Source of the DNA: Mobula hypostoma
Taxonomy: Eukaryota
Reading direction: 5' to 3'
Assembly (NCBI RefSeq): GCF_963921235.1
Contig: NC_086097.1
Span: 20,276,001-20,340,000, forward strand
DNA: 64,000 nt
Under the pieces are notes generated by a model that saw nothing but the letters and a program-made list of their open reading frames with translations, searched no databases and was not told the origin of the DNA. Positions 59,060 through 64,000 of the stretch are shown here, piece by piece (positions within the stretch are counted from its first letter, which is position 1; each line of letters starts with the position of its first letter). The position numbers were made by a program, and so were the translations under genes.

Positions 59060-59350
59060 GGTAGCACGGCAGTGTACCGGTTAGTGTAATGCTATTACAG
59101 CACCATCAGTCAGCGATCGGGGTTCAATTCCTGCTGCTGTCTGTAAGCAGTTTGTACGTTCTCCTCGTGGCTACTTGGGTTTCCTCTGGATGCTCCGGTT
59201 TCCTATCAAATTCCAAAGATGTGCGGGTTAGTAAGGTTCAGTGAGCTGTGGGCGTGCTATGTTGGTGCCGGAAACATGTCAACACTGCCCCACCATAACT
59301 GTGATACATTTCACTGTATGTGTCGATGTACATGTGACAAGTAAATCTAA
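59060..59350 (+). mobile_element. tRNA-derived SINE; related copies at about 11310-11580, 12860-13160, 13785-14045, 14660-14945, 21890-22200, 41105-41320, 53330-53635, 57090-57415 and 57575-57838
   Basis: B-box ggttcaattcc followed by the shared core ctgtaaggagtttgtacgttctc...ggtttcct...cattccaaagac. Confidence 0.7.
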
Positions 59351-60010
59351 TCATTATCTAAAAAAGGTATCTTTATAACTTCCTGAACTGTCACTGTTTC
59401 CACTCTTCTGTCCTCCTCCTGCCTATCACCCTTCCTCACCTGGTTCCACCCATCCCTTACCTACTCTTGCCCACGCCTCCCCCTCACTCGCTATCTACCC
59501 TCTACTCTTTTCAGTCCAAGTGTACCGTCTCGATCCAAAATATTGACTGTTCATTTCCCTCCACAGATGCTGCCTGACCCACTGAGTTCATCCAGTACTT
59601 CTTATTTGTTGCTCTGGATTCCAATGTCTGCAGTCTCTCTTGTCTCTCTGGATTACCAGTCTGGTAATATTTAATCGTTGTGCCACAACTGTACCTATAA
59701 TCCCCATTTCGGTTCTAACTGCGAATGGCCTATCCTTAGATTCAGATTCAGATTTACTTATCACGTGTACATCGAAACATACAATGAGATGCATCATCTG
59801 CGTCAACAACCAACACACCCAAGGATGTGCTGGGGGCAGCCCGCAAGTGTTGCCACATACTCTGGTGTCAATATAGCATGCCCACCCACAACGTTTACAG
59901 CAACACAAGCAGCAACAACAAAACAAAGCAAGACAACAACGGTGAGGGTCTTTCATACCCTCACAACCACTCACCCACCCAAAGTCAAAGTATGTCTGTG
60001 TCATCATATA

Positions 60011-60012
<2 letters not shown>

Positions 60013-60066
<54 letters not shown>
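60013..60066. repeat. (CA)n microsatellite; second tract at 60530-60559
   Basis: Direct reading. Confidence 0.97.
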
Positions 60067-60068
<2 letters not shown>

Positions 60069-60520
60069 CTTCTTCTCTATCTTCGGTTGTCCATCGAAAT
60101 CCGGTGACGACGTCCACTCCTTTAACGGTGAGATCTTTGATGACGATATAGTCCTATCCTGGACCCACAAGCTCTAATACAAGTGGGACATGTATATGTG
60201 GTAGTGGTGGCAACCATGGCTGCATTTCTCCTGGCTCTCTTCTGCTGCCTTCTGGTTGTTCTTTCCATCTCCAGAACACGATCCCCATCCCTACGCAGCT
60301 GTTGCCAAGTGGTACGGTCAGCAGCAACATCCCCCAGGTCCTTGGGTCTGATCTTGCACTTCCTTAAAGCATTCTTCATCTAATCCTTATAGCGCTTCTT
60401 CGACCCTCCAGTTGAGCATCGACCATGATGTAGCTGGCCATATAACATCCTTATCACGTGCCCCAGCCACTGCAGCTGACGCTGGGTGATCATGGCCTCA
60501 ATACTCCTGCAGTTGGTCTT
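60067..60520 (-). mobile_element. RTE-clade LINE 3' fragment
   Basis: Encodes RQLQWLGHVIRM, GGSKKRYKD, AADRTTW and CPTCIRACGSRIGLYRHQRSH, with a (GAA)n tail. Confidence 0.8.
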
Positions 60521-60526
60521 TACAAG

Positions 60527-60561
<35 letters not shown>

Positions 60562-63500
60562 CTCCAACCCAGGACTGGCCCTCCATTATGCCCTCAACAG
60601 TCTACTTACGCAGCTGAAGGAACTAGCCTCTCAGCACCCACCCTGTCAATCCCCTCAGGAACTTAGAAAGCACTTCTTTGTAAATTCCTAGTATCACTCT
60701 TTGCAGGAGAATCTTCTAATCTCAGGAATCAATCTAGGAAATCCGCACTGGACTGAATCCAAGGCCAGTACATCCTTCCTCACAGACAAGATAAAGATTA
60801 AAAACTGCACAGAGTGCTCTAGAATGATGTTTCAAACCCTATCTAATCTCTTCTCGCCAGATGTGGCTACTTTTGCAGTTCTGTCACCCCCCAAAAAAAC
60901 ATAAAAAAACAACATGGACATTGAAATGGCAGGAGAAGCTCCAAAGGAATTGGGACTCAGTTCCAAATGAAGCAGAAACACTGTAGAAAAGTAGCATTTG
61001 TGTTTCACTATTGTGGTAATTTGCAATGATCACAGGTCATATTCATTTCTGCCTGTTGTGGTGAGGGGTCAGGAGGAAGAGCAGCTAAGGGTAATAATTA
61101 CTATTGGAATACAGAGGTATTGTCAGCAGTTTTGGGCCCCATATCTCAGAAAGGATGTATTGTCATTGGAGAGAGTCCAGAGGAGGTTCATGAGGATGAT
61201 TCTGGAACCAAAGGGGTGTATGAGGAGCATTTGGGATCTTTGGGCCCGTACTCACTGGAGTTTAGAAGAATGCGTGGAGATCTCATTGAAACCTACTGAA
61301 TGTTGAAAGGACTAGATAAGGTGGACATGGAGAGGATGTTTCCTCTGGTGGGAATGTCCAGAACTAGAGGGCACAGCCTCAACATTGACCTTTTAGAACA
61401 GAAATAAGAAGGAATGCTTTTAGCCATAGAGTGGTGGATCTGTGGAATGCTCTGCCATAGACTGCGGTGGAGGCCAAGTTACTGGGTATATACAAAGTGG
61501 AAGTTGATAGGTTCCTGAATGGTCGGGGCATCAAAGGATATGGCAAGAAGGCGGATGTATGGGATTGAATGGAGTCTGGGATCAGCCATAATGGAATGGT
61601 GGAGTGGACATGATGGGGTAAATGGCTTAATTCTGCTTCTATGTCTTATGGTCTTATTATTTTTCTTTGAGACATAGACGTTGCTGCCTCACAGCTCCAG
61701 CAGGTAGAAACCCAACCTCAGGGTTGCTTTTGGGGAGTCTGCATGTTTGCTCTGTGACAGAACCTGGAACACAGGATGGGCCGACATTTTAAACTACTCC
61801 AAGATCATTCTTCCCCCTTCTTCCTACACAGCCCTCCATTTCTCTTTCACCCATGTGTCTGTCTCATAGTTTCTCAAATGTCCCTAATGTAATCTGGCTC
61901 TACCACCACCCCCGGCAACATGTTCTATGTTCTCACCACTTTTTTGTGTAAAAAAGCATACTTTTGACATCCTCGCTATACTTTCCTCCAATTGCTTTAA
62001 AATTATGCCCCCCCAGATTATATCCACTCGATCTATGCCTCTTATTATCTTGTACATCTTTATAAGTCAACTCTCATCCTCCTTTGCTCCAGAGAAAAAG
62101 CCCTCACTTGCTTACCTATCCTCATTAGACATGCTCTCTAATCCGGGCAACATCCTGGTAAATCACCTCTGCACCCTCTCTAAAGCTTCCACATCCTTCC
62201 TATGATGAAGTGACCAGAACTGAACTCAGTATTCCGAGTGTGGTCTAACCAGCTTTTGTTAGAGGTGGAGCATTACCTTGTGGGTCTTGAACTCAATCCC
62301 CTGTCTAATGAAGGCCAGTACACCATTCGCCTTCTTAACCGCCCTATCAACTTTCACAATCATGTGGGCTTCCTCGAGTTTCCCACCACACCTGAAAAAT
62401 GCGCAGTTTCCTCTGCTATTTTGCCCAGCGATAATTGGCCCTGTGTCTAAGTGGGTGGCAGAGGCTGGCTGGAGCAGTTGGGGAATGTAGTTCACGGAGA
62501 AAATTAGTGGAGAATAGGATTAATTGGTGAGCTGGCATGGATGATTACCCAAAATGGCCTCACTCTATACTGTAAGGAAATTATAATTATGTATATGGAT
62601 ATATTTAAAGCTGAGATTGTTAGGTTCTTGATTAGTAAGGGAGTCAAAAGTTATGGGGAGAAGTCAGGAGAATGGGGCTGAGAGGGATAATAAATCAGCT
62701 ATGATAGAATGGTAAAGCAGACTTGATGGGGTGAATGGCTTAATTATGCTCCCCTGTCTTCTGGTCTTATTTTAGAGTAGGTTAAAGGTCAACACAACAT
62801 CACGGGCTGAAGGGCTGTAATGTTCTATGGGAATTAAATCACATTGGTGAAGTGTTTTATCTCAGTACCTCCTGCATTTTTGACCTACATCCATTGCTAC
62901 TTTGGAGTTAATTGCTCCAACTCAGGAATGCAATTGGATTCTTTGGTTTGCAGAATCAGGGATCTTCAAAAAGGCGATGCCTCAGAAAGGTGACTCCATC
63001 ATTAAGGACACCCATCTACCAGGACATGCCCCCTCCTCATTGCTACCATCAAGGAGGAGGTACAGGAGCCAGAAGATACACACTGAACATTTCAGCAGTA
63101 ACTTCTTCCCCTCTGCCACCAGATCTATGAATGGGCATTGAACCCATGAACACCTTTTCCTCACTTTTTGCACCAATTATTTATATATATTTCTTATTGT
63201 AATTTATAATTTATTATGTATTACAATGTACTGCTGCTGCTAATCAACACATTTCAAGACAAATGCCGGTGATATTAAACCTGATTCTAATTCTGAAGAA
63301 AGAGATGAGTCTATGATAAAGTGAGCAAACAGAAGGCCCAGGGATGGCTGAGGAGGTCACAACCCCAAGAAAGGGGTCGTGTGTGAGGGAAACCAGAGAC
63401 CACAGGAACAGACGGAATGGAGGCCTGGAACCTTGGGATTGGGCAAAATGGGAGCCAAAGACCGCAGGAGCTGGAATGCTCAGACAGCTTGGTCCCTTGC

Positions 63501-64000
63501 GTTAGAGGTCTGATCTAGCAGAATTCTGTAATATCGAGGCCCTGGTCTGTGCAACTTCAGAACACCACAAAAAAAAACCCAGACTGCTGGAGAAACTCAT
63601 CAGGTCAGGCAGTATCTGTAGAAGGAAATGGGCAATCAAATTCCTCCCCATGCCCTGCCACAGATGCTGCTCGGCTCACGGAGTTCCAGACGAAGGGTCT
63701 CAACTCAGAATGTTAACCATCCATTTCACTCCACAGATGTAGCTTGGTCTGATGTTTTTTTTGTTTTAAACATCCCTCCAACAGTCTGCTTTTTTTGTGT
63801 CAGATTGCAGCATCTGAAAGCTTTTGTTTCTCTTGGAAAGAGAAATGGAAGGTTATGTGGGAGGGCAGGGTTAGTTTGATCGTAGAATAGGGCCTGTCCT
63901 GTAGGTAACTTCAATTCAGCATAGGACGTAGTGACGTGGAATCTCCCTGTAAACATTCCTAATATCTAGAACGTTAGGACCAACCATTTGGTGCCCACCG

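Noticed and set aside
60122..60379. C2H2-containing ORF as a host zinc-finger gene
   Set aside because: It is the C-terminus of an RTE ORF.
45400..64000. PTGR2 exons expected from human synteny
   Set aside because: No recognisable PTGR2 peptide found; the region is nearly all repeats.
1..64000. Most short ORFs in the six-frame track, CRISPR arrays and prokaryotic systems
   Set aside because: The short ORFs are antisense or alternate frames of repeats. There is no repeat-spacer array, and the DNA is eukaryotic.

Overview
Repeat-rich vertebrate genomic DNA; the repeat landscape suggests a cartilaginous fish (inference). Two convergent host genes can be reconstructed. On + are the last two coding exons of a FAM161-family gene, most likely FAM161B. 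On - is ZNF410: nine phase-consistent coding exons from 39967 to 12593, about 397 aa with five C2H2 fingers, and a CpG-island 5' region near 44.6-44.9 kb. The rest is mostly transposon-derived: a young CR1 LINE with an intact ORF2, many older CR1 and Rex1/Babar fragments, L1 and RTE fragments, tRNA-derived SINEs, a Tigger-like nest, a Tc1-like MITE, a solo LTR and Penelope-like elements (PLEs). Three observations stand out. (1) The CR1 ORF1/ORF2 junction has an in-phase U UUA AAC slippery heptamer and ORF2 lacks a usable AUG, suggesting programmed -1 frameshifting. (2) PLE termini carry minimal hammerhead ribozyme motifs and occur as TSD-flanked fold-back insertions, plus several short fold-backs centred on the hammerhead. 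(3) A solo LTR sits just after the FAM161B stop codon. All coordinates were read by eye, and the edges of old repeats are approximate.
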